A DNA stretch of 64,000 nucleotides from Betaproteobacteria bacterium (GCA_039931685.1 JBDTRK010000002.1:11253-75252); one strand, 5' to 3'. Positions 47,902 to 58,728 are shown, numbered from the stretch's first letter. Made by a program: numbers and translations. The notes: generated by a model from the sequence alone, not told the origin.

Positions 47902-48477
47902 ATGCGACATCGGCTCGGTGTTTACGCGCTGTGCGCCGCCCTTGCAGCGCTGTCCGGGTGTGCCTCGACGCGGACCGCACAACTCCTGCCAGCATCCAAT
48001 GCGGCGGTCGATGCATTTTCCCTCAACGGGCGCGTTGCCGTGAAACTCGACGATCGCGGTTACACGGCGAGCCTGCGCTGGCGCCATACGCAGACGCGCG
48101 ACCTGGTGCGCTTGTTCTCCCCGCTGGGCTCCGTCGTTGGCGAAATCGATGCCGACGCCAGTGGCGCCACACTGACGACCGCTGACAAAAAGGTTTACCG
48201 CTCGAGCGATGCGCAGACGCTGACACGCGAAGTACTTGGCTGGGATCTTCCGCTGGCGGGGCTGCGCTACTGGATTACCGGTCGTGCCGATCCGGCTGCG
48301 CAGGTGCAGGCGCAGGATCGCGACGAAAAGCAGCGGCTGAAGAGCCTGATGCAAAACGGCTGGCGCATCACCTATCTTGAATATTTCGGCGACAGCGCCA
48401 TGCCGGCGCGGCTATCGCTAGTCTTTGATCGGCTCAATCTGCGCCTGATCGTCGGGCACTGGGAGTTGCCGCAGTGA
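47902..48477 (+). CDS. lolB: Outer-membrane lipoprotein LolB
   Basis: Lipobox LAALSGC, size, and position upstream of ispE. Confidence 0.85.
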   Translation: MRHRLGVYALCAALAALSGCASTRTAQLLPASNAAVDAFSLNGRVAVKLDDRGYTASLRWRHTQTRDLVRLFSPLGSVVGEIDADASGATLTTADKKVYRSSDAQTLTREVLGWDLPLAGLRYWITGRADPAAQVQAQDRDEKQRLKSLMQNGWRITYLEYFGDSAMPARLSLVFDRLNLRLIVGHWELPQ

Positions 48478-49316
48478 GCGCCACGACCGGTGTGTTCCCG
48501 GCGCCGGCAAAACTCAATCTTTTCCTGCATGTTGTCGGCCGTCGTTCCGATGGTTACCACTTGCTGCAGACGGCGTTCCGTTTCATCGATTTTGGCGACG
48601 AACTCAGCATTTCAGTGCGTGCCGACGGTGATATATGTCGCACCACCTCGCTGCCGGACGTGTCCACCGATCAGGATCTTGCCGTGCGGGCCGCGCGTGC
48701 ACTGCAGAGCGAGACCGGGTGCCGCAAAGGCGCGGACATCGGCATCGTCAAGCGCGTTCCCATGGGCGGCGGGCTCGGCGGGGGCAGTTCCGACGCTGCA
48801 ACGACCCTGATCGCACTGAACCGGTTATGGGAAACCGGGCTGTCGCGCCAGCGCCTGCAGCAGCTGGCATTGCAGTTGGGCGCCGATGTGCCGGTATTCG
48901 TATTCGGCAGGAATGCATTTGCCGAAGGCGTCGGAGAGCGCCTGCAGCCGCTGCAGCTGCCGCCCGCCTGGTACCTGATTTTGGTGCCAGAACTGGCTGT
49001 TTCCACTGCGGAAATCTTCTCTGAAGCTGAATTGACACGTAATACGAATGCAATCACAATAGCCGCCTTTTCAGTTGGCCAGGGCCGCAACGATCTTGAA
49101 CCGGTGGTGTGCCGGAAGTACCCGCTGGTGGCCCGTCATCTTGAATGGTTGCACCGATATGGCGATGCCCGCATGACCGGATCCGGGGCGTGTATTTTTT
49201 GCGCGTTTGGCAGTGAAGAGCAGGCTCGCCAGGTGCTGTTGCAATTGCCGGCGGACATGCGTGGCTTCGTGGCGCGCGGCCTGGACCGGCACCCTCTGTG
49301 GTCGGAGGACGATTAG
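48474..49316 (+). CDS. ispE: 4-(cytidine 5'-diphospho)-2-C-methyl-D-erythritol kinase
   Basis: GTG start overlapping the lolB stop. PAKLNLFLHV and GHMP motif MGGGLGGGSSDAA. Confidence 0.95.
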   Translation: MSATTGVFPAPAKLNLFLHVVGRRSDGYHLLQTAFRFIDFGDELSISVRADGDICRTTSLPDVSTDQDLAVRAARALQSETGCRKGADIGIVKRVPMGGGLGGGSSDAATTLIALNRLWETGLSRQRLQQLALQLGADVPVFVFGRNAFAEGVGERLQPLQLPPAWYLILVPELAVSTAEIFSEAELTRNTNAITIAAFSVGQGRNDLEPVVCRKYPLVARHLEWLHRYGDARMTGSGACIFCAFGSEEQARQVLLQLPADMRGFVARGLDRHPLWSEDD

Positions 49317-49323
49317 AGATTTT

Positions 49324-49398
49324 TGGGGAGTCGCCAAGTGGTAAGGCACCGGATTTTGATTCCGGCATTCGTAGGTTCGATCCCTACCTCCCCAGCCA
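49324..49398 (+). tRNA. tRNA-Gln (anticodon TTG)
   Basis: Acceptor stem TGGGGAG/CTCCCCA, anticodon stem CCGGA/TCCGG with loop TTTTGAT, T-arm GTAGG-TTCGATC-CCTAC and encoded CCA. Very similar to E. coli tRNA-Gln as recalled. Confidence 0.95.
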
Positions 49399-49436
49399 GT
49401 CTAGACGGTGGTGTGGACTGGAGACTGGTAATGGCA

Positions 49437-49469
49437 GCCGCAGGCATGCTTGCGGCTTATTTTATTTTT
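49437..49469 (+). terminator. Rho-independent terminator after tRNA-Gln
   Basis: GCCGCAGG catg CTTGCGGC (one G-T pair) followed by TTATTTTATTTTT. Confidence 0.7.
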
Positions 49470-49527
49470 GCACCGGTGTTGCCCGGGTTTTTTCCAACCC
49501 GCAGTCTCCAGCTTTGAGTATCTAGAA

Positions 49528-50478
49528 ATGGCCTATGACAGCTTGATGGTGTTTACCGGCAACGCGCATCCGAAGCTTGCCGAAGACGTCGTCAGACACC
49601 TCAACATCCCGCTTGGCCGCGCCATGGTAGGCCGCTTCAGCGATGGCGAGGTGATGGTCGAACTGCTGGAAAACGTGCGCGGCAAGGATGTGTTCATCCT
49701 GCAGTCCACGTGCACGCCGACCAATGACAACCTGATGGAAGTGCTGCTGATGGCCGACGCGCTGAAACGCTCGTCGGCCGGGCGCATCACTGCGGCGGTG
49801 CCTTATCTGGGCTATGCGCGCCAGGATCGCCGGCCGCGCTCGGCACGGGTGGCGATCAGTGCCAAGGTCGTGGCGAATATGATGGTGGTGGCGGGCGTGG
49901 ACCGTCTGCTGACGATGGATTTGCATGCCGACCAGATTCAGGGGTTTTTCGACATTCCCGTGGACAATGTCTACTCGGCGCCGATTCTGCTGGGGGACAT
50001 CTGGAAGCTCGGCCACCAGGATCTGGTGGTGGTGTCTCCCGACGTCGGCGGCGTGGTGCGCGCCAGGGCCCTGGCCAAGCGGCTGGAATCGGATCTGGCG
50101 ATCATCGATAAACGCCGGCCGCGGCCGAACGTGGCCTCGGTGATGAACATCATCGGCGATGTGGCCGGACGCACCTGTGTGATCATGGACGACATGGTCG
50201 ATACTGCGAACACGCTATGCGAGGCGGCACGGGCCTTGAAGGAAAAAGGCGCGAACACGGTACTGGCCTACTGCACGCATCCGGTGCTGTCGGGCAAGGC
50301 AATCGAGCGCATCGAGGGTTCGGCGCTGGACGAACTCGTGGTGACTGACACGATTCCGTTGCGCGAGGATGCAAAAGCGTGCAAGCGCATCCGCCAGTTG
50401 AGCATCGCCGCGTTGCTGGCGGAAACGATGCTACGCATCAGCAACGAGGATTCGGTTTCCTCGCTGTTCATGGAATGA
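49528..50478 (+). CDS. prs: Ribose-phosphate pyrophosphokinase
   Basis: [18 protein letters not shown] and [12 protein letters not shown] motifs, PRPP loop VVVSPDVGG. Start at MAYDSLMVF. Confidence 0.96.
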   Translation: MAYDSLMVFTGNAHPKLAEDVVRHLNIPLGRAMVGRFSDGEVMVELLENVRGKDVFILQSTCTPTNDNLMEVLLMADALKRSSAGRITAAVPYLGYARQDRRPRSARVAISAKVVANMMVVAGVDRLLTMDLHADQIQGFFDIPVDNVYSAPILLGDIWKLGHQDLVVVSPDVGGVVRARALAKRLESDLAIIDKRRPRPNVASVMNIIGDVAGRTCVIMDDMVDTANTLCEAARALKEKGANTVLAYCTHPVLSGKAIERIEGSALDELVVTDTIPLREDAKACKRIRQLSIAALLAETMLRISNEDSVSSLFME

Positions 50479-50489
50479 TTTTTTAGCGG

Positions 50490-50513
50490 GGCGGCAGCGA
50501 TGCCGCCTCTTTT
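50490..50513 (+). terminator. Rho-independent terminator after prs
   Basis: GGCGGCA gcga TGCCGCC followed by TCTTTT. Confidence 0.7.
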
Positions 50514-50565
50514 GGAACAGGGGGCAACTGGTCGCGGTCGCCGCCTTAACATTTAGGAGAGCCAC

Positions 50566-51297
50566 ATGGCAACGATAGAAATCAGTGCGATGACCCGCGC
50601 GCTGCAGGGAACGGGTGCGAGCCGCCGCCTGCGCGTAACGGGCAAAGTGCCGGGAATCATCTACGGTGGGGAACAGCCCGCCGCGAACGTGGAATTCGAC
50701 CACAACGGGCTGTTCCACCAGCTCAAGCAGGAAGCATTTCACGCCTCCATCCTGAGCATGAGCGTGGACGGCAAGAAAGAGCGCGTCCTGTTGCGCGACG
50801 TGCAGATGCACCCTTGGAAGCAATTGGTCCTGCATGTCGATTTCCAGCGCGTATCGGCCAACAAGAAGGTCCACATGAAAGTGCCGTTGCACTTCATCAA
50901 TGCCGATATTTCTCCGGGCGTGAAGACCGGCGGCGGCATCGTCAGCCACGTGATGAACGAAATGAACATTACCTGTCTGCCGGATGACTTGCCGGAATTC
51001 ATCGAAGTCGATCTGCAGACGCTCGAGATCGGCGCGGCCGTTCACCTGGCCGACCTGAAGGTTCCCAAGGGCGTGGAATCGGTGCAGCTGGCGCGCGGCG
51101 ACAACGCCGTGGTGGCGACTGTGCAGATCCCGCGCGCGATGGTCGAGGCGGAACCTACTGCTGCTGTGGCCGCGGAAGGCGCAGCCCTCGAGGGCGCTGC
51201 TCCCGTCGCAGGCGCAGCACCCGCAGCTGGCGCGGATGCCAAGAAGGAGCCCGAAAAGAAGAAGGAGCCGGAGAAGAAGGAAGGCGGCAAGAAGTAA
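50566..51297 (+). CDS. rplY: 50S ribosomal protein L25/general stress protein Ctc, with Ala/Pro/Lys-rich tail
   Basis: [10 protein letters not shown] motif and two-domain Ctc length. Upstream of pth. Confidence 0.92.
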   Translation: MATIEISAMTRALQGTGASRRLRVTGKVPGIIYGGEQPAANVEFDHNGLFHQLKQEAFHASILSMSVDGKKERVLLRDVQMHPWKQLVLHVDFQRVSANKKVHMKVPLHFINADISPGVKTGGGIVSHVMNEMNITCLPDDLPEFIEVDLQTLEIGAAVHLADLKVPKGVESVQLARGDNAVVATVQIPRAMVEAEPTAAVAAEGAALEGAAPVAGAAPAAGADAKKEPEKKKEPEKKEGGKK

Positions 51298-51397
51298 TTT
51301 TTCCGCAGTTCCCACCACGGCCTGCCGTCAGCGTTGCCTGTCCGGCGGGCCGGTTTGTTTTCAACACCGCATTTTGTTTGCACGCCGTGCGATCGAC

Positions 51398-51964
51398 ATG
51401 AAACTCGTCGTAGGATTGGGTAACCCGGGCCGGGAACACGAGGCCACTCGACACAATGCCGGTTTCTGGTGGGTGGACCGGCTCGCTGCGCGGGCTGGTG
51501 CCCGTTTGCGTGTGGAATCCCGTTTTCACGGCCATGCCGGCAAGCTGGTCGATGGCGGCAGGGAATGCTGGCTGCTCAAGCCCACGACATTCATGAACGT
51601 TAGCGGCCGTGCCGTACAGGCGCTCACACAGTTCTACAAGATCGAGCCAGGAGACATGCTGGTGGTGCACGATGAACTCGATCTGCCGCCGGGCGATGTC
51701 CGGCTCAAGAAGGGCGGCGGATCGGCCGGCCACAACGGCCTCAAGGACATCACCGCTCACCTGGGTCCTGATTACTGGCGGCTGCGCATTGGCATCGGCA
51801 GGCCGGTCGATCGCGACCAGATGGTGAATTTTGTGCTCAATGCGCCGCGCAAGGACGAGATGCCGCTGATTGACGATGCCATCGAGCGCAGCCTGGATAC
51901 CTGGCCGTTGCTGATCGACGGCAAGTGCGAGGCGGCGATGCTGAGGCTGCATACAAAGCCGTGA
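51398..51964 (+). CDS. pth: Peptidyl-tRNA hydrolase
   Basis: MKLVVGLGNPG...TRHNAGF and GGSAGHNGLKD motifs. Confidence 0.96.
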   Translation: MKLVVGLGNPGREHEATRHNAGFWWVDRLAARAGARLRVESRFHGHAGKLVDGGRECWLLKPTTFMNVSGRAVQALTQFYKIEPGDMLVVHDELDLPPGDVRLKKGGGSAGHNGLKDITAHLGPDYWRLRIGIGRPVDRDQMVNFVLNAPRKDEMPLIDDAIERSLDTWPLLIDGKCEAAMLRLHTKP

Positions 51965-52035
51965 ATTGTGAACAGTGAACAGTGATCGGCAAAATGCCGC
52001 AATTCACCGTTTACTGTTCACCGTTTACTGATCAC
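51961..52035. repeat. Ordered heptamer array filling the pth-ychF spacer
   Basis: Four tandem 7-mers GTGAATT/GTGAACA/GTGAACA/GTGATCG (51961-51988). Mini-hairpin CGGCA-aaa-TGCCG. Then the inverted versions AATTCAC, TGTTCAC, TGATCAC in the same order, embedded in CAATTCAC plus a 14-bp tandem repeat CGTTTACTG(T/A)TCAC x2 (52008-52035). Confidence 0.8.
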
Positions 52036-52040
52036 CAAAC

Positions 52041-53135
52041 ATGTCTCTAAAATGCGGAATCGTCGGGTTGCCCAACGTCGGCAAGTCGACCCTGTTCAAT
52101 GCGCTGACAAAGGCCGGCATCGCGGCGGAAAATTATCCGTTCTGCACCATCGAGCCGAATGTCGGCATCGTCGAGGTGCCGGACCCGCGCCTTGCGCCGC
52201 TGGCGGCCATCGCCAAGCCGCTGAAGATCATTGCGGCGATCGTCGAATTCGTCGACATCGCCGGGCTGGTCGCCGGCGCCTCCAAGGGCGAAGGCCTCGG
52301 CAACCAGTTCCTCGCCAACATTCGCGAGACCGACGCCATCGTTCATGTCGTGCGCTGTTTCGTCGACGACAACATCGTGCACGTGACCGGCAACGTCGAT
52401 CCATTGTCCGACATCGAGACCATCGAGACCGAACTGGCGCTGGCCGACATGGCCACCGTCGACAAAACGTTGTCACGTAATCGCAAACTGGCGCAGTCCG
52501 GCGACAAGGAAGGCAGGCTGCTCGTGGCCGTGCTCGACAAGGTGCACGCGCAGCTCGACCAGGCCAAGCCGGTCCGCGCGCTTGATCTGTCCAGGGAAGA
52601 GCAGGCCCTCATCAAGCCCTTGTGCCTGATTACCGCCAAGCCCACGCTGTATGCTGCCAACGTCGATGAACACGGTTTCGGCGACGATAATCCGCTGCTG
52701 CAAAAGGTCCGGCAAAAGGCCGCAAAGGAAGGCGCGCCGGTGGTTGCCTTCTGCGCGCGCATGGAAGCCGAGATTGCCGACCTGTCGGACGAAGACAAGC
52801 GTGTGTTCCTTGCCGACATGGGCTTGCAGGAACCGGGGCTAAATCGCCTGATCCGCGCCGGGTACGAGCAACTCGGATTGCAGACCTATTTCACCGCGGG
52901 CGAGAAGGAAGTGCGCGCGTGGACCATCCACAAGGGCGATACCGCGCCCCAGGCCGCCGCCGTGATCCATACCGACTTCGAGAAGGGCTTCATCCGCGCG
53001 GAAGTCATCGCTTTCGACGATTACATCGCAAACAAGGGCGAACAGGGTTCCAAGGAGGCGGGAAAAATGCGGCTCGAAGGCAAGGAGTATGTCGTCAAGG
53101 ACGGTGACGTCATGCATTTCAGATTTAACGTCTGA
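52041..53135 (+). CDS. ychF: Redox-regulated ribosome-binding ATPase YchF
   Basis: [13 protein letters not shown]-loop and C-terminal TGS-like domain ([11 protein letters not shown]). Confidence 0.96.
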   Translation: MSLKCGIVGLPNVGKSTLFNALTKAGIAAENYPFCTIEPNVGIVEVPDPRLAPLAAIAKPLKIIAAIVEFVDIAGLVAGASKGEGLGNQFLANIRETDAIVHVVRCFVDDNIVHVTGNVDPLSDIETIETELALADMATVDKTLSRNRKLAQSGDKEGRLLVAVLDKVHAQLDQAKPVRALDLSREEQALIKPLCLITAKPTLYAANVDEHGFGDDNPLLQKVRQKAAKEGAPVVAFCARMEAEIADLSDEDKRVFLADMGLQEPGLNRLIRAGYEQLGLQTYFTAGEKEVRAWTIHKGDTAPQAAAVIHTDFEKGFIRAEVIAFDDYIANKGEQGSKEAGKMRLEGKEYVVKDGDVMHFRFNV

Positions 53136-53156
53136 CCGCTTTCCCGGATAGGGGCA

Positions 53157-54149
53157 TCAGGTGTGACGGGTACTGACCAGCGCAACGCCGGCCAGCACCA
53201 GCGCGGCCCCTGTGATCTGGATGACGGTGATCGGTTCGCTGAGGAACCAGTAGCCGAAGAATATTGTCGCCACCGGTCCGACCGATCCAACCATCGCCGC
53301 ATGATTGGCGCCGGTCAGGCGGATACCCTCGGCCATCAGCCAGGCCGGGATCACGGTGGAAATGATCGCCATCGCCAACGTCAGCCAGTAGACCTGCGCC
53401 GGAACGACCAGGGCGTGGGGGTCGTGCGTAACCAGGAATTGCAGTACGCAGACCACACACGCCACCAGCATCGCGTACGCGGTGAAGCGCATCGCGCCGA
53501 TCTTGCCGACAATCTCGCCGGCGCCGATCAGGTAGAAGGCGTAGATCACGCCGCTCGCAAACACCAGCGCGCCGCCGAGGGCGACCTCATGCGCGTGCCC
53601 GCCGAAGTTCAGGTTCTCGGTAAACACCAACGCAATGCCGCCATAGCACAGCCCAAGTGCGACGAAATGGTGGCGTCGGATGGGTTTCTTCAACCACCAG
53701 GCCGATAACAACACCACGATCGTCGGGTGCAAAAACAGGATCAGGCGCTCGAGTCCTGCGGTGATATACGTCAGCCCGAGAAAATCCAGATAGCTCGCCA
53801 GGTAATAGCCGCTGAATCCCAACACGGCCACCCCCAGCCATTGCTTTCGTGACAGCGGTGCTGATTCGCGTTTCGACCACAGTGCCATCAGCACGAAGAA
53901 CGGCGCCGAGAACAACAGGCGCAGGGTCAGCAGTGTGGCGGCATCGACCGGATAAGCGTAAGCCAGCTTGATCAGGATTGCCTTGGCGGAAAAGCCGACC
54001 GCGGACAGGAGTACGCAGACGGTGCCGGCAGTGGAAGACTGCCCGGTGGCCGGATGAGCGGCGATGTCAGCGCCGGCGGCTGGAGCCGCCGAGGATGGAG
54101 CCCAGCACGCCGCGGATGATCTGCCGTCCCATCTCCGAGCCGACCGCAC
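53157..54149 (-). CDS. DMT superfamily (EamA-like) transporter
   Basis: Ten-TM profile with two EamA halves. Start unresolved. The only canonical in-frame starts upstream of TM1 are GTG 54149 and ATG 54233, and both overlap the 3' end of the upstream gene. Confidence 0.8.
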   Translation of the reverse strand: MRSARRWDGRSSAACWAPSSAAPAAGADIAAHPATGQSSTAGTVCVLLSAVGFSAKAILIKLAYAYPVDAATLLTLRLLFSAPFFVLMALWSKRESAPLSRKQWLGVAVLGFSGYYLASYLDFLGLTYITAGLERLILFLHPTIVVLLSAWWLKKPIRRHHFVALGLCYGGIALVFTENLNFGGHAHEVALGGALVFASGVIYAFYLIGAGEIVGKIGAMRFTAYAMLVACVVCVLQFLVTHDPHALVVPAQVYWLTLAMAIISTVIPAWLMAEGIRLTGANHAAMVGSVGPVATIFFGYWFLSEPITVIQITGAALVLAGVALVSTRHT

Positions 54150-55563
54150 GTGCGGCGCTCTTGACCATCGCCTCGCCGGCGGACTGACGGTGCGCAGTGC
54201 CGGCGCCAAATACGCTGCCCAACACGTCGCCAAACACAGAACCGGTGGATGCGGACGCTGCGGACGGCTGCGCCGCAGCAGCAGGTTGATCGCGGCGCAC
54301 CTTCAGGACTTCATAGGCGGATTCGCGATCGACCAATTGTTCATAGGTTCCGGCCACCAGCGAACGTTTCATCGAAGCGGTGCGCTCGTCGGTGGTGATC
54401 GGACCGATGCGACTGTGCGGCGGCAGCACGAAGGCCCGCTCCACCACGGACGGTCGGCCCTTCTCGTCGAGAAACGACACCAGCGCTTCGCCGACAGCCA
54501 GTTCCGTGATGACTTTCTCCACGTCGAGCCCGGGATTCGCGCGCAAGGTCGTCGCCGCGGTCTTCACGGCTTTCTGGTCGCGCGGCGTAAAGGCGCGCAA
54601 CGCATGCTGCACGCGGTTTCCCAACTGGCCGAGCACCGTGTCCGGTACGTCGAGCGGGTTCTGCGTCACGAAATAGACGCCCACACCCTTGGATCGGATC
54701 AACCGGACCACTTGTTCGATCTTGTCCAGCAGCGCTGGAGAGGCGTCATTGAACAGCAGGTGCGCTTCGTCGAAGAAGAACACCAGCTTCGGCTTTTCCG
54801 GATCGCCGACTTCGGGCAATTGCTCGAACAATTCCGACAGCAGCCACAGCAGCAGCGTGGCATAGGCCTTGGGCGCGTTCATCAGCTTGTCGGCGGCGAG
54901 GACGTTGATCACGCCGCGGCCCTTTTCGTCGGTCTGCATCAGGTCGGCGATGTTGAGCGCCGGCTCGCCGAAGAAATGGTCGCCACCCTGCTCGTCGATG
55001 GCGATCAATCCACGCTGGATGGCGCCAATGCTGGCCGTGGAAATGTTGCCGTACTCGGTGGTGAACTGTTTCGCGTTGTCGCCGACGTATTGCACCATCG
55101 CGCGCAAATCCTTCAGGTCGAGCAGCAGCAGGCCCTTGTCGTCCGCGATCTTGAAAACCAGCGTAAGCACGCCGCTTTGTGTCTCGTTGAGGTTCAGCAG
55201 CCGCGCCAGCAGCAGGGGCCCCATCTCCGATACCGTCGCCCGTACCGGATGGCCAAGGGCGCCAAATACATCCCAGAATGTGGTCGGCGAGCCGGCAAAC
55301 GCGAACTCGCCCAGAGCGAGATTGGCGATGCGTTCACCGAGTTTCGGATTCATCGCGCCGGGTTGCGACAGGCCGGCCAGATCGCCCTTGACGTCGGCCA
55401 TGAACACCGGCACGCCGATCGAACTAAAGGCTTCGGCCATTCGCTGCAAGGTCACGGTCTTGCCGGTGCCGGTCGCGCCAGTGATGAGTCCGTGGCGATT
55501 GGCGAATCCGGGCAGCAGGCATAGTTCGATTGCGGATTTCGCAATCAGCAGGGGTTGTGTCAT
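54067..55563 (-). CDS. HerA-like helicase domain ATPase (YjgR/DUF853 family)
   Basis: Walker A GATGTGKT, Walker B VFFFDEAH, Gly-rich C-terminal tail ...[15 protein letters not shown]. Confidence 0.85.
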   Translation of the reverse strand: MTQPLLIAKSAIELCLLPGFANRHGLITGATGTGKTVTLQRMAEAFSSIGVPVFMADVKGDLAGLSQPGAMNPKLGERIANLALGEFAFAGSPTTFWDVFGALGHPVRATVSEMGPLLLARLLNLNETQSGVLTLVFKIADDKGLLLLDLKDLRAMVQYVGDNAKQFTTEYGNISTASIGAIQRGLIAIDEQGGDHFFGEPALNIADLMQTDEKGRGVINVLAADKLMNAPKAYATLLLWLLSELFEQLPEVGDPEKPKLVFFFDEAHLLFNDASPALLDKIEQVVRLIRSKGVGVYFVTQNPLDVPDTVLGQLGNRVQHALRAFTPRDQKAVKTAATTLRANPGLDVEKVITELAVGEALVSFLDEKGRPSVVERAFVLPPHSRIGPITTDERTASMKRSLVAGTYEQLVDRESAYEVLKVRRDQPAAAAQPSAASASTGSVFGDVLGSVFGAGTAHRQSAGEAMVKSAARAVGSEMGRQIIRGVLGSILGGSSRRR

Positions 55564-55710
55564 GGGTAATTGGGTACTGTCCGGAGCGGGCTGTATGGTA
55601 AGATTTTTTAATAATTATATCAGCCGCCTGGAGCAATCGACGCGCCCGACAGAGCGACCACGCAAGGTGGTCCGACGCCGACGCCAGGGACTGTCAACGC
55701 AGAGGAAGTT

Positions 55711-56442
55711 ATGGCAGGTCACAGCAAATGGGCGAACATCCAGCACCGCAAGGGACGCCAGGACGCCAAACGCGGCAAAATTTTTACCCGACTGATCAAG
55801 GAAATCACGGTTGCTTCGCGTCTCGGCGGGTCCGATATCACGGCCAACCCGCGCTTGCGCCTCGCGGTAGACAAAGCCTACGCGAACAACATGCCCAAGG
55901 ACACCGTCGAGCGGGCCACCAAGCGCGGCAGCGGCGAACTGGAGGGCGTTAGCTATGAGGAAATCCGCTACGAGGGTTACGGCATTAGCGGGTCCGCGGT
56001 CATCGTGGATTGCATGACGGACAACCGCGTGCGCACCGTTGCCGAGGTGCGCCATGCTTTTGCCAAGCACGGCGGTAATCTTGGCACCGACGGTTCGGTG
56101 GCCTTCCTGTTCAAGCACTGCGGGCAACTCTTGTTTGCGCCGGGCACGAGCGAAGACAAGGTCATGGAAGCGGCTCTGGATGCTGGTGCGGAAGATGTAA
56201 TCGCCAACGATGATGGCAGTATCGAAGTCATCACAGCGCCGAACGATTTTCTTGTGGTCAAGGACAAGCTGGAATTGGCCGGCCTCAAGGCCGAGCTGGC
56301 GGAAGTGACCATGAAGCCGGCAGCGGAAACCATCCTGACCGGAGACGACGCGATCAAGATGCAAAAGCTGATGGACGCACTGGAATCGCTCGACGACGTG
56401 CAGGAGGTGTATACGAGCGCGGTCATGGATGGCGAGGCATGA
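55711..56442 (+). CDS. YebC/PmpR family DNA-binding transcriptional regulator
   Basis: [16 protein letters not shown]-terminus and family length. Confidence 0.95.
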   Translation: MAGHSKWANIQHRKGRQDAKRGKIFTRLIKEITVASRLGGSDITANPRLRLAVDKAYANNMPKDTVERATKRGSGELEGVSYEEIRYEGYGISGSAVIVDCMTDNRVRTVAEVRHAFAKHGGNLGTDGSVAFLFKHCGQLLFAPGTSEDKVMEAALDAGAEDVIANDDGSIEVITAPNDFLVVKDKLELAGLKAELAEVTMKPAAETILTGDDAIKMQKLMDALESLDDVQEVYTSAVMDGEA

Positions 56443-56640
56443 CGGTCGCAATCCGGAATCTCGTCCACGGCCCTGGTTCATGCTGAACGTCAGCATGACG
56501 GTTTCCTGCCCAAGACTCGCGACTGCAGCACCGTCTGTTATCAGCGTACCCGGCATCGACCCGTGGCCGTGCGTTACCGGTTTTAGCTGCCGCATAAAGT
56601 CGACCGCGCTGACGTTAGCCTGCACCAAAACCTCCCAGCC

Positions 56641-57189
56641 ATGACCATCGTGAGTGAGCCTTTGACAGTACGAATTCTGGGGATCGACCCGGGATTGCGG
56701 GTCACCGGTTTTGGTGTGCTGGAAAGATGCGGCCAGAAGCTCAGTTACGTGACCAGCGGTTGCATCCGCACGGATGCGCACGGCGAGTTGCCCGAGCGCA
56801 TTCGCACCATCCTCGAGGGACTTTCCGAAATCATCGCGCGAATCAAGCCGCAGGAAGTCGCCGTCGAGAAAGTGTTTGTGAACGTCAATCCGCAGTCGAC
56901 ATTGTTGCTTGGCCAGGCGCGCGGCGCCGCCATTTGCGCGGCGGTTATCGGCGCCTTGCCGGTGTCCGAGTACACGGCGCTTCAGGTCAAGCAGGCGGTG
57001 GTCGGCAACGGCCATGCACGCAAGGAACAGGTACAAGAGATGGTGCGCCGCCTGCTCTGCCTGTCAGGTGATCCCGGCGCCGATGCGGCCGACGCGCTGG
57101 CCTGTGCCATCTGTCACGCACATGGCGGCCTCGGGCTGGGGAAACTGCACACGCGCGGCTTCAGGATGAAACGCGGGAGATTGGTGTGA
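56641..57189 (+). CDS. ruvC: Crossover junction endodeoxyribonuclease RuvC
   Basis: [15 protein letters not shown] and [13 protein letters not shown] motifs. Confidence 0.95.
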   Translation: MTIVSEPLTVRILGIDPGLRVTGFGVLERCGQKLSYVTSGCIRTDAHGELPERIRTILEGLSEIIARIKPQEVAVEKVFVNVNPQSTLLLGQARGAAICAAVIGALPVSEYTALQVKQAVVGNGHARKEQVQEMVRRLLCLSGDPGADAADALACAICHAHGGLGLGKLHTRGFRMKRGRLV

Positions 57190-57764
57190 TCGGGCGGCTC
57201 ACGGGGAAATTGATCGAGAAGCGCCCGCCGACGATAGTAGTTGAGGTGCAGGGTGTCGGTTACGAAGTGGACGTGCCGATGAGCACGTTTTTCCAGTTGC
57301 CGGCTGCCGGATCGGCCATCACCCTGCATACTCACCTGATGGTGCGGGAAGACGCGCACCTGCTATTTGGTTTTGCCACCGATCAGGAGCGGCAGGTATT
57401 TCGTCAACTGCTCAAGATCAGCGGCGTTGGCGCGCGCACGGCACTTGCGGTGTTGTCCGGCATGTCGGTGTCCGAGCTTTATCAGGTCGTCCTGGCGCAC
57501 GATGGTGCACGGCTTACAAAAATTCCGGGCATCGGCAAAAAAACCGCCGAGCGCCTGCTACTCGAACTGCGCGACAAGCTCAACGCTGCCATCGGCGCGC
57601 CCGTCGCCGGCGGCGAAGCCGAGGTCAGGAGCGATGCGCTGAATGCGCTGCTGGCGCTCGGTTACAGCGACAAGGAAGCGACGCAGGCGCTTGGCCGGAT
57701 CGCACCCGATACGCCGGTACAGGAAGCCATCCGCCACGCGCTCAAGCTGCTTTCGAAGTCGTGA
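57186..57764 (+). CDS. ruvA: Holliday junction branch migration complex subunit RuvA
   Basis: GTG start overlapping the ruvC stop. MIGRLTGKL, HhH motifs ([21 protein letters not shown]). Confidence 0.95.
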   Translation: MIGRLTGKLIEKRPPTIVVEVQGVGYEVDVPMSTFFQLPAAGSAITLHTHLMVREDAHLLFGFATDQERQVFRQLLKISGVGARTALAVLSGMSVSELYQVVLAHDGARLTKIPGIGKKTAERLLLELRDKLNAAIGAPVAGGEAEVRSDALNALLALGYSDKEATQALGRIAPDTPVQEAIRHALKLLSKS

Positions 57765-57896
57765 TTGACGCGCGGGTGCCGCGCCGCGTAGCTGATGTCG
57801 CCCCGGCACGACAAAATCGACTGGCGCGCTGGGCCAAGATTGCCCCGGTGCTGGGCTATAATCCGGGGCAAAATTCCGACTGGATTCCCTGGACGA

Positions 57897-58694
57897 ATGG
57901 ATAGGCAAAAAATGAAGCTTGCAGCTCGCGTTGTGCTCGTGGTGGTGGCGTTGTTGACAGGCGCAAGCGGCGCAACTGCCGCTGCCGACCGCGGCGCCGA
58001 CAAGAAACAGCAGATCGAACAACTAATCGGCCTGCACGACCTGACGACCTCGGTCACGATTGGCAACTACTACCTCAAGCAGGAAGCGCTGCTTGCCATT
58101 CGCGGCCTGCTTGCCCGACTGGGCAAGGACGAGCAACTCGGCCCCGACTGGAATCCGCGCGATGCGCAATGGCAAAAGGCCGAGCAGGTGCTGTTACAGC
58201 CGGTCATGGCGAAGGTTGCCGCCGATTTTACCAACCTCGATTGGTTGCGCCCGCAGTGGGAAGATCTCGACGCGAGTGAATTTTCCGCAGAAGAACTCGA
58301 CGTGTTGCTCACGCACTTTCATTCCGATGTGGGTCGCAAGCAGGCGCGCATCGTCGACCACACGGTATCGACGCACGTCATCTCGACGCTGTCGTTCTCC
58401 GGGAAGCTCAAGGACATCGCCGGCGTGCAGGAAGAGCGCAGCCGCATGCAGACGGTCTGGAACAAGGAAGACGACGACATGCGATTCTCGCTCCAGGATG
58501 CAACCAATGCCGAGGGGCAGCGCTTTGCCTATTCGGCGCTCGGCAAGAAATATTTCGTCACCGCCATCCTCAAGCTGACCGGCATCATCAGCCGTCGCAT
58601 CGACCAGCTGGCGCTTGCACTGCCCAAGGAGGTGGACGCCCGCGCCGACGACGTTCGACCGTTGTTGCAGGCGTTCAAGAGCGGCCGCGGCTGA
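57897..58694 (+). CDS. Secreted hypothetical protein (mostly helical, no family recognised)
   Basis: Signal peptide MKLAARVVLVVVALLTGASGATAAA. Start at 57897 or 57912. Inserted between ruvA and ruvB. Confidence 0.6.
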   Translation: MDRQKMKLAARVVLVVVALLTGASGATAAADRGADKKQQIEQLIGLHDLTTSVTIGNYYLKQEALLAIRGLLARLGKDEQLGPDWNPRDAQWQKAEQVLLQPVMAKVAADFTNLDWLRPQWEDLDASEFSAEELDVLLTHFHSDVGRKQARIVDHTVSTHVISTLSFSGKLKDIAGVQEERSRMQTVWNKEDDDMRFSLQDATNAEGQRFAYSALGKKYFVTAILKLTGIISRRIDQLALALPKEVDARADDVRPLLQAFKSGRG

Positions 58695-58728
58695 TGCTTC
58701 AAACGCATCTTCGTCGCGGCGATAAAGG

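Noticed and set aside
49324-49527. tRNA-Gln as an integration site for a genomic island.
   Set aside because: There is no integrase, no direct repeat of the tRNA 3' end and no compositional break. ispE-tRNA-Gln-prs is conserved core synteny.
55564-55710. TACTGT...CTGTAT in the divergent yjgR/yebC promoter, considered as a LexA box.
   Set aside because: It lacks the ACAG half-site at the required spacing.
56429-56644. 71-aa ORF in the yebC-ruvC spacer.
   Set aside because: It has no RBS, an odd Cys/Pro/Ser-rich composition and overlaps the yebC stop. It is more likely non-coding.
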